Sequence record: DRR723986_20371
Length of the DNA stretch: 37,556 nucleotides
Direction: 5' to 3' (one strand)
Part shown: positions 18,594-28,032 of the stretch, piece by piece
Layout of the letters: each line of letters starts with the position of its first letter
How positions within the stretch are numbered: position 1 is the first letter of the stretch
The notes under the pieces: model-generated
Databases searched by the model: none
What the model saw: the letters and a program-made list of their open reading frames with translations, nothing else
Told to the model about the DNA's origin: nothing
Made by a program: the position numbers and the translations under genes

Positions 18594-20270
18594 ATGAGCA
18601 ACCAAAACAACAAATCGGCATTAGCCACCCTTGTCACTGTATTCTTTTTCTGGGGATTTATTGCTGCTTCAAATGGAGTTTTTATTCCATTTTGTAAAAC
18701 CTATTTTAATATTGACCAGTTTCAATCGCAATTAGTAGACTTTGCCTTTTACGGTGCCTACTATATTGGAGCACTCTTATTATTTATAATTTCTAGTTCT
18801 ATTAAAAAAGATATTGTCAATTCTTGGGGCTACAAAAAGGTTATAATTTATGGTCTTTTATTATCTGCAATTGGTGCATTTATAATGTATCCTGCCACTG
18901 CAGGAGCCGAACAAGGGCAAACAGCTGTATTTTATTTTGTCTTAATTGCCTTATTTATCGTCGGTCTGGGATTCTCATTACAGCAAACTGGAGCAAATCC
19001 TTTCGCCATTGCACTAGGAGATCCAGAGACTGGTTCTCACCGTCTCAATTTAGCAGGAGGTATCAATTCTTTTGGAACTACAATTGGTCCTATCGTAGTT
19101 GCATTAGTATTATTTGGTACTGCTGCGGTGAGTCCTGAGGAATTGGTTAAAATGATAAAGAATAATGAAATTACATTAACTACTGTTCAGTTATTGTATC
19201 TTGGTGTTGGCGGTCTTTTCCTTGTAGCCGCAGCCTTATTTCATTTCTCTAAAAAACTACCTGCTTTAAAATCAGACACAGTCTTTGAACCTGCGAATAA
19301 AGCTAGAAATTTATTAATCATATTAACCTTAATCATAGCAGCTTGTTTTGGCTATATTTTTAGTACTTATTCTGGAGATGCAGTAGCGACAGAAGAAGTT
19401 GAAAACACAAGATTAGCGTTACTCTTTATATCCTTATTAGCAGTAATTGCATCGGTTTTTATTGCAAATAGTAGCGCTACTAAAAAACCAGAAGGATGGG
19501 GAGCCATGAAATACCCACAACTCGTTTTAGGAATGTTGGCCATATTCACTTATGTTGGTGTGGAAGTTACCATTCAGAGTAATTTAGGTGAACTATTAAA
19601 AACCGTTGCTGATAAAGTTAATAATTTGAATCCGCTTGGTTTACCGGTATTAAATGATGCCGGAATTGCACCATTCATCTCATTATATTGGGGAGGACTG
19701 ATGATTGGGCGTTGGGTAGGTGCCATCACTGTGTTTGATCCAAGTAAAGGGTTAAAAAAAGTATTATTAATTATTGTTCCATACGTAGCTTTTGGAGTTA
19801 TTCTTGCAGCTAACTATGCAGGCGGAAAAAGCTTCTCTACTAACGAGATTTTATTCTTTGCCATTTGTGTAGCTGTACAAATCGGAGGTTTCTTCTTGGC
19901 TAAAGATAATCCTGTACGAACTCTGAAAATCTTCAGTGTTTTAGGTGTCATAGGTATGTTAATTGGTTTATTTACAACTGGGAATTTAGCCTTATTTGCA
20001 TTTTTATCAGGTGGTTTATTCTGTTCTATAATGTGGCCATGTATATTCACGCTAAGTATAGCCGGTTTAGGAAAATACACCTCTCAAGGTTCAGCCTTCT
20101 TAATTATGATGATTTTAGGTGGTGCTATTATTCCTCCTTTACAGGGTAAGATTGCTGATATTTTTAACATACAATCATCGTATTGGATTGCTGTAGCATG
20201 TTTTGCATACCTTTTATTTTATGCATACAGAACTAAAACTATTTTAGACAAGCAAGGAGTTGAATACTAG
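18594..20270 (+). CDS. MFS sugar:H+ symporter, FucP/GluP family (candidate GlcNAc or mannose permease)
   Basis: VFFFWGF, QTGANPF..LG......[40 protein letters not shown] and ILGGAIIP motifs. Confidence 0.88.
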   Translation: MSNQNNKSALATLVTVFFFWGFIAASNGVFIPFCKTYFNIDQFQSQLVDFAFYGAYYIGALLLFIISSSIKKDIVNSWGYKKVIIYGLLLSAIGAFIMYPATAGAEQGQTAVFYFVLIALFIVGLGFSLQQTGANPFAIALGDPETGSHRLNLAGGINSFGTTIGPIVVALVLFGTAAVSPEELVKMIKNNEITLTTVQLLYLGVGGLFLVAAALFHFSKKLPALKSDTVFEPANKARNLLIILTLIIAACFGYIFSTYSGDAVATEEVENTRLALLFISLLAVIASVFIANSSATKKPEGWGAMKYPQLVLGMLAIFTYVGVEVTIQSNLGELLKTVADKVNNLNPLGLPVLNDAGIAPFISLYWGGLMIGRWVGAITVFDPSKGLKKVLLIIVPYVAFGVILAANYAGGKSFSTNEILFFAICVAVQIGGFFLAKDNPVRTLKIFSVLGVIGMLIGLFTTGNLALFAFLSGGLFCSIMWPCIFTLSIAGLGKYTSQGSAFLIMMILGGAIIPPLQGKIADIFNIQSSYWIAVACFAYLLFYAYRTKTILDKQGVEY

Positions 20271-20281
20271 AATTTAATACT

Positions 20282-21295
20282 ATGAATAGAAGAAAATTCA
20301 TTAAAAATACAGCACTAACTGGTGCTGGTTTAGCCGTTGGAAACACATTATTAGGTTGCAATGATACAACTTCTACAGCAACTGAAACTAGTATTACTAA
20401 TTCTGAAGGTAATTCTGTAACAAGCTTACCTTTAGTAATAGCTACTTGGCATGTTAAAGAAGCCACAGCAAAGGCTATGGAAGTTCTACAAGCAGGAGGT
20501 AATGCATTGGATGCGGTAGAACAAGGTTGCAGAGTTGAAGAAGCCAACGAAAAAGGCCAATCTGTTGGCAAAGGTGGTTTGCCAGATCGTGATGGTAATG
20601 TAACCTTAGATGCTTGTATTATGGATAAGCATGGCAACTGCGGTTCTGTAGTATATCTTCAAAATATTACACATGCGGTTTCAGTAGCAAGAAAAGTAAT
20701 GGAAGATACACCGCATGTGATGTTAGCAGGCGAAGGAGCTAAACAATTTGCTATTTCAAGTGGCTTTGAGCCTGAAGATTTATTAACTGAAGCTTCCAAA
20801 GAAGCCTGGGAAAAATGGAAAGTCGAAGCTAAATACAAACCTATTATTAATATAGAAAACCACGATACTATTGGTATGCTAGCCATTGATAAGAATGGTG
20901 ATATTTCTGGTGCTTGTACCACAAGTGGGTTAGCTTACAAAATGGGAGGACGTGTAGGTGACTCTCCTATTATTGGCTCAGGTTTATTTGTCGATAATGA
21001 AATTGGTGCTTGTGTAGCCACTGGTTTAGGAGAAGAAGTTGTAAAAACTGTTGGTAGTTTTTTAGTAGTTGAATTGATGCGCCAAGGCAAATCACCTCAA
21101 GATGCTTGCGAAGAAGCAATTAGTAGAATAGTTAATAAGCCTAATAGTAATTATAAAGATTTTCAAGTTGGTTACATTGCAATGAACAAACAAGGTGAAA
21201 CCGGTAGTTACTCAATTCATCAATGGTTTAGCATGACAAAGTTTCAAGATGGTGTGAATGAGCAAATTCAGTCTGATTTTTTTAATAAAACTTAA
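20282..21295 (+). CDS. N(4)-(beta-N-acetylglucosaminyl)-L-asparaginase (glycosylasparaginase, Ntn-hydrolase) with Tat signal
   Basis: IATW, SVG.GG.PDRDG.VTLDA, autocleavage site HD|TIG (Thr196), TTSG and GRVGDSP; N-terminal RRKF signal ending LLGC. Confidence 0.9.
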   Translation: MNRRKFIKNTALTGAGLAVGNTLLGCNDTTSTATETSITNSEGNSVTSLPLVIATWHVKEATAKAMEVLQAGGNALDAVEQGCRVEEANEKGQSVGKGGLPDRDGNVTLDACIMDKHGNCGSVVYLQNITHAVSVARKVMEDTPHVMLAGEGAKQFAISSGFEPEDLLTEASKEAWEKWKVEAKYKPIINIENHDTIGMLAIDKNGDISGACTTSGLAYKMGGRVGDSPIIGSGLFVDNEIGACVATGLGEEVVKTVGSFLVVELMRQGKSPQDACEEAISRIVNKPNSNYKDFQVGYIAMNKQGETGSYSIHQWFSMTKFQDGVNEQIQSDFFNKT

Positions 21296-22722
21296 AACCA
21301 CTTAACCGTTGCTTTTGCCAATTTCTCTTTGTATTTGGTATATGGTGGGAATAATAATTCTGTAATTCCGAATGTATATTGTTTTACCACAGCACGTCTA
21401 TTACTAAAAGCTTCAAAACCATAATAGCCATGACTTTTTCCAATACCACTATTATTGATGCCACCAAAGGGTAAATTATGGTTGGCATAGTGAATTACGT
21501 TGTTATTTATGCATGTGCCTCCTGCTCTTGTGTTTCCTATCACTTTTTTAATATTAGATTTATTTTTAGAATACACATATAATGCTAACGGTCGATCCTT
21601 TGAGTTAACGTAGTCAATAGCTTCATCTAAATGTGTATAAGTAAGAATTGGTAAAATAGGACCAAAGATTTCTTCATTTAATAGTGTAGCCTCATCTTTT
21701 AAATCAGATACTATAGTAGGCGAAATATATTTTATACTTGATTCTATTTCAGCACCAATCTCAATTGTTGCGTTCATTGACTTGGCATTTTCTAAATGAG
21801 ATTTTAAACGTTCAAAATGTTTTGGCGTTACAATTCTGGCATAAGAATTAGAGTCCTTTGGCTGTTCGGTAAAAAAGTGATGCAACCATTTTTTACAAGC
21901 CTCTAGAAATTCCGATTTAACTGTTTCATCTATAAAAACATAGTCTGGCGAAACACAGATTTGACCAGCATTTAAAAATTTTCCCCACATTATTTTTTTC
22001 GCAGCTTTATCTAAATTCGCAGTTTTATCAATAATAGTTGGAGACTTACCTCCTAACTCTAAAGTTACAGAGGCTAGATTCTTTGCTGCTGCTTTCATAA
22101 CAATCTTACCAACATTAGGTGATCCTGTAAAGAATATATGATTAAATGGTAATTCTAATAATGCAGTTGAGGTTTCAACTTCACCCTGAACTAAGGCAAC
22201 CTCATCTTCAGAAAACAGCTCAGAAATAATCTTAGCCATTAAGGCAGATGAATTTGGAGTCATTTCAGAGGGTTTAATAACTGCAGTATTACCAGCTGCG
22301 ATAGCAGAAACCAATGGGCCAAATGTTAGATTAAAAGGAAAGTTCCAAGGTGAGATTATTAAACAAACACCTTTTGGCTCATGTATATAATAAGAGCCAG
22401 AACCTAACATGGACAATGGCGTTTTTACTCTTTGTTTGCGAATCCATCTGTGTAAATTTTTTTTTACAAATTTAATATCACCTACTATTTGGTAGACTTC
22501 TGAAAGCTCTGTTTCTATTTTTGGTTTTCCTAAATCTTTATATAATGCTTCTTTTATTTCGCGTCTATAAGTTACCTCAATAGCCTTTTGTAATACACTT
22601 AGCTTTTTAATTCTCTCATTGTAGGAACTTTGACCAACTTTAAATTGATTCTGCTTTTGTTTGGAAAACAATACGAAGTATGGGTTTTCTTTAAAATCCA
22701 TCATATTTTTAATACTATTCAT
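21292..22722 (-). CDS. Aldehyde dehydrogenase (class 3-like)
   Basis: SPWNFP, KPSE, FTGS, LELGGKSP, GQIC (catalytic Cys), EEIFGP and PFGG..SG.G motifs. Confidence 0.93.
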   Translation of the reverse strand: MNSIKNMMDFKENPYFVLFSKQKQNQFKVGQSSYNERIKKLSVLQKAIEVTYRREIKEALYKDLGKPKIETELSEVYQIVGDIKFVKKNLHRWIRKQRVKTPLSMLGSGSYYIHEPKGVCLIISPWNFPFNLTFGPLVSAIAAGNTAVIKPSEMTPNSSALMAKIISELFSEDEVALVQGEVETSTALLELPFNHIFFTGSPNVGKIVMKAAAKNLASVTLELGGKSPTIIDKTANLDKAAKKIMWGKFLNAGQICVSPDYVFIDETVKSEFLEACKKWLHHFFTEQPKDSNSYARIVTPKHFERLKSHLENAKSMNATIEIGAEIESSIKYISPTIVSDLKDEATLLNEEIFGPILPILTYTHLDEAIDYVNSKDRPLALYVYSKNKSNIKKVIGNTRAGGTCINNNVIHYANHNLPFGGINNSGIGKSHGYYGFEAFSNRRAVVKQYTFGITELLFPPYTKYKEKLAKATVKWF

Positions 22723-22824
22723 TTATCTGAGCGCTAATTTTGTGTCATTCATCGGAGTAAGATATCTCTTGATACTGTTAATCTGAATTTCTATCACATT
22801 TAACCTCAATTTAAACCATTTTAC

Positions 22825-22845
22825 TGGGCTACGAGCCCATTTTTT
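22825..22845 (+). terminator. Terminator-like hairpin in a divergent intergenic region
   Basis: TGGGCT-ACG-AGCCCA-TTTTTT; no plus-strand gene directly upstream. Confidence 0.4.
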
Positions 22846-22980
22846 GTAGTTCATCGATGTTTTTTACGAGCGATTTCATCTTATCTATTTATCATCCTGT
22901 TTCATCCAAAAATTTCTACATCTCAATGTATGTTGTGTTTCTTTGATTCGAAGTTAAAACAAATATAGCTTCAAACAATT

Positions 22981-23241
22981 ATGAAAAAAGGTTTAATACT
23001 CATATTATTTTTAACAATGTCTTTTGCAGGGTTTGCTCAGCAAGATGTGGTTGTTACAAATGGTACTGAACTTATTGAAACTGCTAAAGCAGGGAAACCT
23101 GAAGTTAAGAAAGTAAAAGTTTCTGCTAAAACTCAGGCTAAGGTTATTAAACTTAACCATAAAAAAAGTAACGAAATTATTAGTATTAAAGCATACAGAA
23201 AAAGTTTACAGATTAAAGTAAAAACTGTAAAGCTTTGCTAA
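22981..23241 (+). CDS. Small secreted basic hypothetical protein (86 aa)
   Basis: Sec signal MKKGLILILFLTMSFAGFA|Q; A-rich upstream context; Lys-rich mature part. Confidence 0.75.
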   Translation: MKKGLILILFLTMSFAGFAQQDVVVTNGTELIETAKAGKPEVKKVKVSAKTQAKVIKLNHKKSNEIISIKAYRKSLQIKVKTVKLC

Positions 23242-23370
23242 TACTTAAATAAGAAAACAGACTTTTACAAACCAATTAACTACTATTTCACCTAGAGAGT
23301 TTAGTTGATTTCGTAGGGTTTAAATAGTTTTCTGTCTTAAAATATGCTGTTTATTCAAATTATGAAGACC

Positions 23371-23940
23371 TTAGTCTAGTAAACTCCCGGATATAAGGGT
23401 CTTTTGTCGTGTTTTAAGCAATTTATCGATGTTTTTTACCGAATGATCTAACTGAAAATTATCAGAATCCTTAATGCCCTGCCACTGCTGATATCTTACC
23501 TCATCATAAAAATAATCGGGAGATTCTATTGAGTAACCTTGATTTTTTGGAAAGGTCATAGCACCTTTACCTGCTAAAAATACATGGTAACTTTTATCCA
23601 TAACATCGCGTGCTAGTGATACTGGATTTTTTATTCCTGTTATTAAGGACACAGCGCCAGCTTCAAGATTTTTACCATTCATAATAGCTGCATCCATTTC
23701 GTGTGTGCCTTCTGCAGTAAAAACAGTGCCTTTACCTGCGTTAAATAATGTTGAGTCTTCTAATAATTTTACTGAAATTTCAACCGCATCGACAGCGGTT
23801 CCGCCATTTTCTAACACCTTATAACCAGTATCTCGTGCTTGTTTTAAAGCACTTCTGTATTGCTCTTCTAATTCTGAAGTCATCAGGCCTTTTACCAATG
23901 TTCCTGCTACTCCATGTATTGCAATTGAGAATGTATTCAT
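23371..23940 (-). pseudogene. iaaA: Truncated isoaspartyl peptidase/L-asparaginase (alpha subunit only)
   Basis: MNTFSIAIHGVAGT, LED..LFNAGKG, EMDAAIM and IKNPVSLAR match the type-2 asparaginase alpha chain. Homology ends at LDHSVK (about 23434), before the GT(V/I)G nucleophile. No beta chain in any frame. Confidence 0.85.
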
Positions 23941-24029
23941 ACTTAAAATTTGATTGTGGAAAATTATAAATTGCTTTTTAAATAAACCCTTAACTTTTTG
24001 TAGTTTTATAGACTTCAAAATAATATTTC

Positions 24030-26873
24030 ATGTCAGACCAAAAAAGACTGTTTTTAGTCGATGCATATGCCCTTATTTTTCGTGGGTATTATGCCTTTAT
24101 AAAAAACCCTAGAATAAACTCTAAAGGCGAAGATACTTCGGCCATTATGGGCTTTATGAACTCTCTCCTTGATGTAATTAAACGCGAACGACCTGACTAT
24201 TTAGCCGTTTGTTTTGATAAAGGTGGGAGTGTTGACCGCGTTGAAATGTTCGAAGCCTATAAGGCTAATCGTGATGAAACACCTGAAGGTATAAAAACAG
24301 CTGTACCTTACATTCATGAAATTCTAAAGGCTATGCACATTCCAATTATGGTTAAGGAAGGTTATGAAGCTGATGATGTTATTGGAACACTCTCTCGCCA
24401 AGCTGAAAAAGAAGGTTATAAAGTGTTTATGGTTACACCAGATAAGGATTTTGCCCAATTAGTTACCGACAATATCTTTATGTATCGACCAGTTTTTGGT
24501 GGAGGTTACGAAACTTGGGGAATTCCTGAGGTGCAAAAGAAATTTGAAGTAGAAGACCCAATGCAGGTCATTGACTTTTTAGGTATGATGGGAGACTCAT
24601 CTGATAACATTCCCGGATTACCAGGAGTTGGAGAGAAAACAGCCAAGAAATTTTTAGCACAATTTGGTAGTATGGAAGGTCTAATGGCAAATACAGACCA
24701 GCTAAAGGGCAAGATGAAAGAGAAAGTAGAAGCTAATGGTGAACTTGGATTACTATCTAAGAAATTGGCTACTATTATACTAGATGTCCCCGTGGAATTT
24801 GATGCTAAAGATTTTGAGCTCGATCATCCTGATATTGAAAAAGTAAAGGAGATTTTTCAGAATTTAGAATTCAGACGACTTACGGACAATTTCTTAAAAA
24901 CATTTTCTCAGGAAGCTTCAGCATCAACCACTGAAACTTCAGACAAAAAAGCGACTCCAAAAACAACTCCTAAAGAACAAAAGTCTGCAGGCGCTGGTCA
25001 ATTCTCATTGTTTGGAGGTGATAATGCTTCATCAAATGAATCTGCTTCAGAATATACACGGAAAACTGCAGAAACGACTTCCCATTTTTATCAGAGTATC
25101 TCACCTGGTATGGCTACCAAGTTATTTATTAAAAATTTAATGAGTCAACCTTCAGTGTGTTTTGATACTGAAACAACTGGACTAAATCCGTTAACTGCAG
25201 AGTTAGTTGGTATAGCCTTTTCTTGGGAAACCGGTAAAGGATTTTACATGCCATTTCCAGAAGATAGAAATGAAGCACAAGCATTGATTGAAGAGTTACG
25301 TCCATTTTTTGAAAGTGAAACGATTGAAAAAATTGGTCAGAATTTAAAGTATGATATCAAAGTATTAGCCAAATACAATATTGAGGTAAAAGGTAAACTC
25401 TTTGATACGATGTTGGCACATTATCTCATCAATCCAGATATGCGACACAACATGGATGTGCTGGCAGAAACTTATCTTAATTACTTACCAATATCAATAA
25501 CAGAATTGATTGGGAAAAAGGGAAAGAATCAGCTCTCCATGCGAGAAGTACCCTTAGAAAAACTAACGGAATATGCTGTTGAAGATGCAGATATTACGCT
25601 TCAATTAAAGGAACATTTTGAAAAGGAGCTTGGTGAAGCCAATACCCAAAAATTGTTTGATGAAATTGAGATACCGTTACTACGTGTATTAGCGGCAATG
25701 GAATTAGAAGGTATCAATTTAGATAAAGACTTTTTAAACTCACTTTCTGATCAGCTCAATAGCGATATTGCTTCACTTGAAAAGAAAATCTATGCCGCTG
25801 CAGGTGAAGAGTTCAATATTGCATCACCGAAGCAAATGGGCATCATTCTTTTCGAAAAAATGAAACTGGTTGATAAGCCAAAAAAGACCAAAACTGGTCA
25901 GTATTCTACCGCTGAAGACGTGCTAAGCTACTTAGCAAAAGATCATGAAATCATTCGAAATATTTTAGAGTTTAGAGGTTTATCGAAACTTAAAAGCACT
26001 TATGTAGATGCCTTACCGTTGCAGGTAGAGGAATCTACTGGTAGAGTACATACCGATTATATGCAAACTATTGCAGCCACTGGTCGATTGAGTAGTAATA
26101 ATCCTAATTTGCAGAATATTCCAATTCGTACGGAACGTGGTAGGCAGGTAAGAAAAGCCTTTGTTCCAAGAAATGAAGACTACACTTTGTTAGCTGCGGA
26201 TTATTCTCAAATAGAGCTTAGAATTATTGCCGCATTAAGTGAAGAAGAAACTATGATTGAGGCATTTAAACGTGGAGAGGATATTCATGCCTCAACAGCA
26301 TCTAAAGTTTTTAATGTTCCACTTTCTGAAGTCACCAGAGAGCAAAGAAGCAATGCTAAAACCGTTAATTTCGGTATTATTTATGGTGTTTCAGCGTTCG
26401 GATTAAGTAATCAAACCGATTTATCACGTACAGAAGCGAAAGAACTTATAGACACTTATTATGCTACTTATCCTAAGCTCAGAAACTACATTCAAGATCA
26501 GGTTGACTTCGCAAGAGATAATGGATATGTGCAAACCGTTTTAGGTCGTCGTCGTTATTTAAAAGATATTAATTCTCGCAATGCTGTTGTAAGAGGTGCT
26601 GCAGAAAGAAATGCTGTCAATGCTCCAATCCAAGGAAGTGCAGCGGATATTATAAAGATTGCCATGATCAATATTTATAATAAGCTTAATGCTGGCGACT
26701 ACCAATCTAAAATGTTATTGCAAGTCCATGACGAATTGGTGTTCGATGTGTATAAACCAGAGTTAGAAGGTCTTAAAAATCTAATAAAAACTGAAATGGA
26801 AAATGCATATGAGCTCTCTGTTCCGTTGGATGTCGATCTGGACATTGGAAATAATTGGTTAGAGGCGCATTAA
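24030..26873 (+). CDS. polA: DNA polymerase I
   Basis: 5'-3' nuclease (YEADD, DKDF, GDSSDNIPG), 3'-5' exonuclease (FDTET, NLKYD, YAVED) and polymerase (ADYSQIELR, KTVNFGIIYG, QVHDE) motifs. Confidence 0.98.
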   Translation: MSDQKRLFLVDAYALIFRGYYAFIKNPRINSKGEDTSAIMGFMNSLLDVIKRERPDYLAVCFDKGGSVDRVEMFEAYKANRDETPEGIKTAVPYIHEILKAMHIPIMVKEGYEADDVIGTLSRQAEKEGYKVFMVTPDKDFAQLVTDNIFMYRPVFGGGYETWGIPEVQKKFEVEDPMQVIDFLGMMGDSSDNIPGLPGVGEKTAKKFLAQFGSMEGLMANTDQLKGKMKEKVEANGELGLLSKKLATIILDVPVEFDAKDFELDHPDIEKVKEIFQNLEFRRLTDNFLKTFSQEASASTTETSDKKATPKTTPKEQKSAGAGQFSLFGGDNASSNESASEYTRKTAETTSHFYQSISPGMATKLFIKNLMSQPSVCFDTETTGLNPLTAELVGIAFSWETGKGFYMPFPEDRNEAQALIEELRPFFESETIEKIGQNLKYDIKVLAKYNIEVKGKLFDTMLAHYLINPDMRHNMDVLAETYLNYLPISITELIGKKGKNQLSMREVPLEKLTEYAVEDADITLQLKEHFEKELGEANTQKLFDEIEIPLLRVLAAMELEGINLDKDFLNSLSDQLNSDIASLEKKIYAAAGEEFNIASPKQMGIILFEKMKLVDKPKKTKTGQYSTAEDVLSYLAKDHEIIRNILEFRGLSKLKSTYVDALPLQVEESTGRVHTDYMQTIAATGRLSSNNPNLQNIPIRTERGRQVRKAFVPRNEDYTLLAADYSQIELRIIAALSEEETMIEAFKRGEDIHASTASKVFNVPLSEVTREQRSNAKTVNFGIIYGVSAFGLSNQTDLSRTEAKELIDTYYATYPKLRNYIQDQVDFARDNGYVQTVLGRRRYLKDINSRNAVVRGAAERNAVNAPIQGSAADIIKIAMINIYNKLNAGDYQSKMLLQVHDELVFDVYKPELEGLKNLIKTEMENAYELSVPLDVDLDIGNNWLEAH

Positions 26874-26915
26874 TCATTCATTTTTTTGAAGTAATATTGC
26901 AATCTATTTAGGTTT

Positions 26916-27875
26916 ATGAGTATTATTTCTAAAGACATATCAAGGGCTGCTACATTATTAAAAGCAGAAGAAGTGGTAGCGATACCTACCGAAACAGTGT
27001 ATGGATTAGCTGGAAACATATATTCAGAAAAGGCAATAAAATCAATTTTTAAAACGAAGCAACGCCCTTTTTTTAATCCTCTTATTGTTCACATTCCATC
27101 TGTTGATTATCTAAAGGATATTGTTGCATATATTCCTGAAAAAGGGAAATTATTGGCTGATGCTTTTTGGCCAGGACCAATAACTTTAGTTCTAAAAAAG
27201 AAAAATTCAATCCCAGATTTAATTACAGCTGGTAAAGACACTGTTGCTGTGCGTGTTCCTAATCATCCAACCACCTTAGAGCTTTTAAATAAATTGGAGT
27301 TTCCATTGGCTGCACCAAGTGCAAATCCGTTTAGTAGTATTAGCCCAACAACAGCAAAACATGTTGAAACCTATTTTGAAGATCAGATTAAATTAGTTTT
27401 AGATGGTGGACCATGTAAGAGCGGTATAGAATCAACAATCATTGGTTTTGAAAATGATGAACCAGTTATCTATAGATTAGGGTCTACACCCATTGAAGCT
27501 ATAGAAGATGTAATTGGTGAAGTTGAAATTAAAAATAAAAAAGAAATTGCACCAGATGCACCAGGTATGTTAGAGCGTCATTATGCTCCTAAAACAACCA
27601 CAATACTAACAGACAACCTTCAAAAATCAATTGAAGAATATCAAGATAAGCGTATTGGTGTTTTAATTTTCAATGATATTTTAAATGATTCAAGTATTGA
27701 ATTTAAAATTGTTTTATCAGAAACCAAGGATCTTAAAGAGGCAGCTTCAAAATTATATGATGCACTCCATCAACTAGATATGCAAGATTTAGATATCATT
27801 ATTGCGGAAAAACTGCCTGATTACGGGTTGGGAAAATCAATAAACGACCGACTTAATCGCGCTACAAAAAAATAG
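26916..27875 (+). CDS. sua5: L-threonylcarbamoyladenylate synthase, Sua5 type
   Basis: PTETVYGL, KQRP..NPLIVH, APSAN and ESTI motifs; PGM...HYAP linker and C-terminal Sua5 domain. Confidence 0.93.
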   Translation: MSIISKDISRAATLLKAEEVVAIPTETVYGLAGNIYSEKAIKSIFKTKQRPFFNPLIVHIPSVDYLKDIVAYIPEKGKLLADAFWPGPITLVLKKKNSIPDLITAGKDTVAVRVPNHPTTLELLNKLEFPLAAPSANPFSSISPTTAKHVETYFEDQIKLVLDGGPCKSGIESTIIGFENDEPVIYRLGSTPIEAIEDVIGEVEIKNKKEIAPDAPGMLERHYAPKTTTILTDNLQKSIEEYQDKRIGVLIFNDILNDSSIEFKIVLSETKDLKEAASKLYDALHQLDMQDLDIIIAEKLPDYGLGKSINDRLNRATKK

Positions 27876-27931
27876 GTGAGCTTGTTTCATCTTAAATTGT
27901 TTCAATTCCATTAAAAAAAACACAGCTAAGG

Positions 27932-27962
27932 TTTGTCTATCCAATAGTTTATCGTAAATTTG
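27932..27962 (+). promoter_or_regulatory. Consensus Bacteroidota promoter of the rplM-rpsI operon
   Basis: TTTG at 27932-27935, 19-nt spacer, TAAATTTG at 27955-27962. Confidence 0.8.
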
Positions 27963-28032
27963 CAAACTCTTTTTTTAAAGAGGAATGTTTAATCTAATTG
28001 TGTAATAATGCACAATTATAAATCAAATTAGT

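Noticed and set aside
10121-21295. Canonical PUL or recently acquired genomic island
   Set aside because: No susC/susD, regulator, mobility gene or flanking repeat; base composition looks like the flanks by eye.
23242-23434. Programmed frameshift restoring the asparaginase beta subunit
   Set aside because: No frame contains the GTVG or TSTGG motifs, and the space is too short for a beta chain.
23941-24018. Upstream extension of the asparaginase ORF
   Set aside because: Family similarity begins at MNTFSIAIHG (ATG 23940); the extension covers the divergent promoter gap before polA.
24030-26873. Intein or inactive proofreading domain in PolA
   Set aside because: Normal length, all three exonuclease motifs present, and the only extra segment is an ordinary inter-domain linker.
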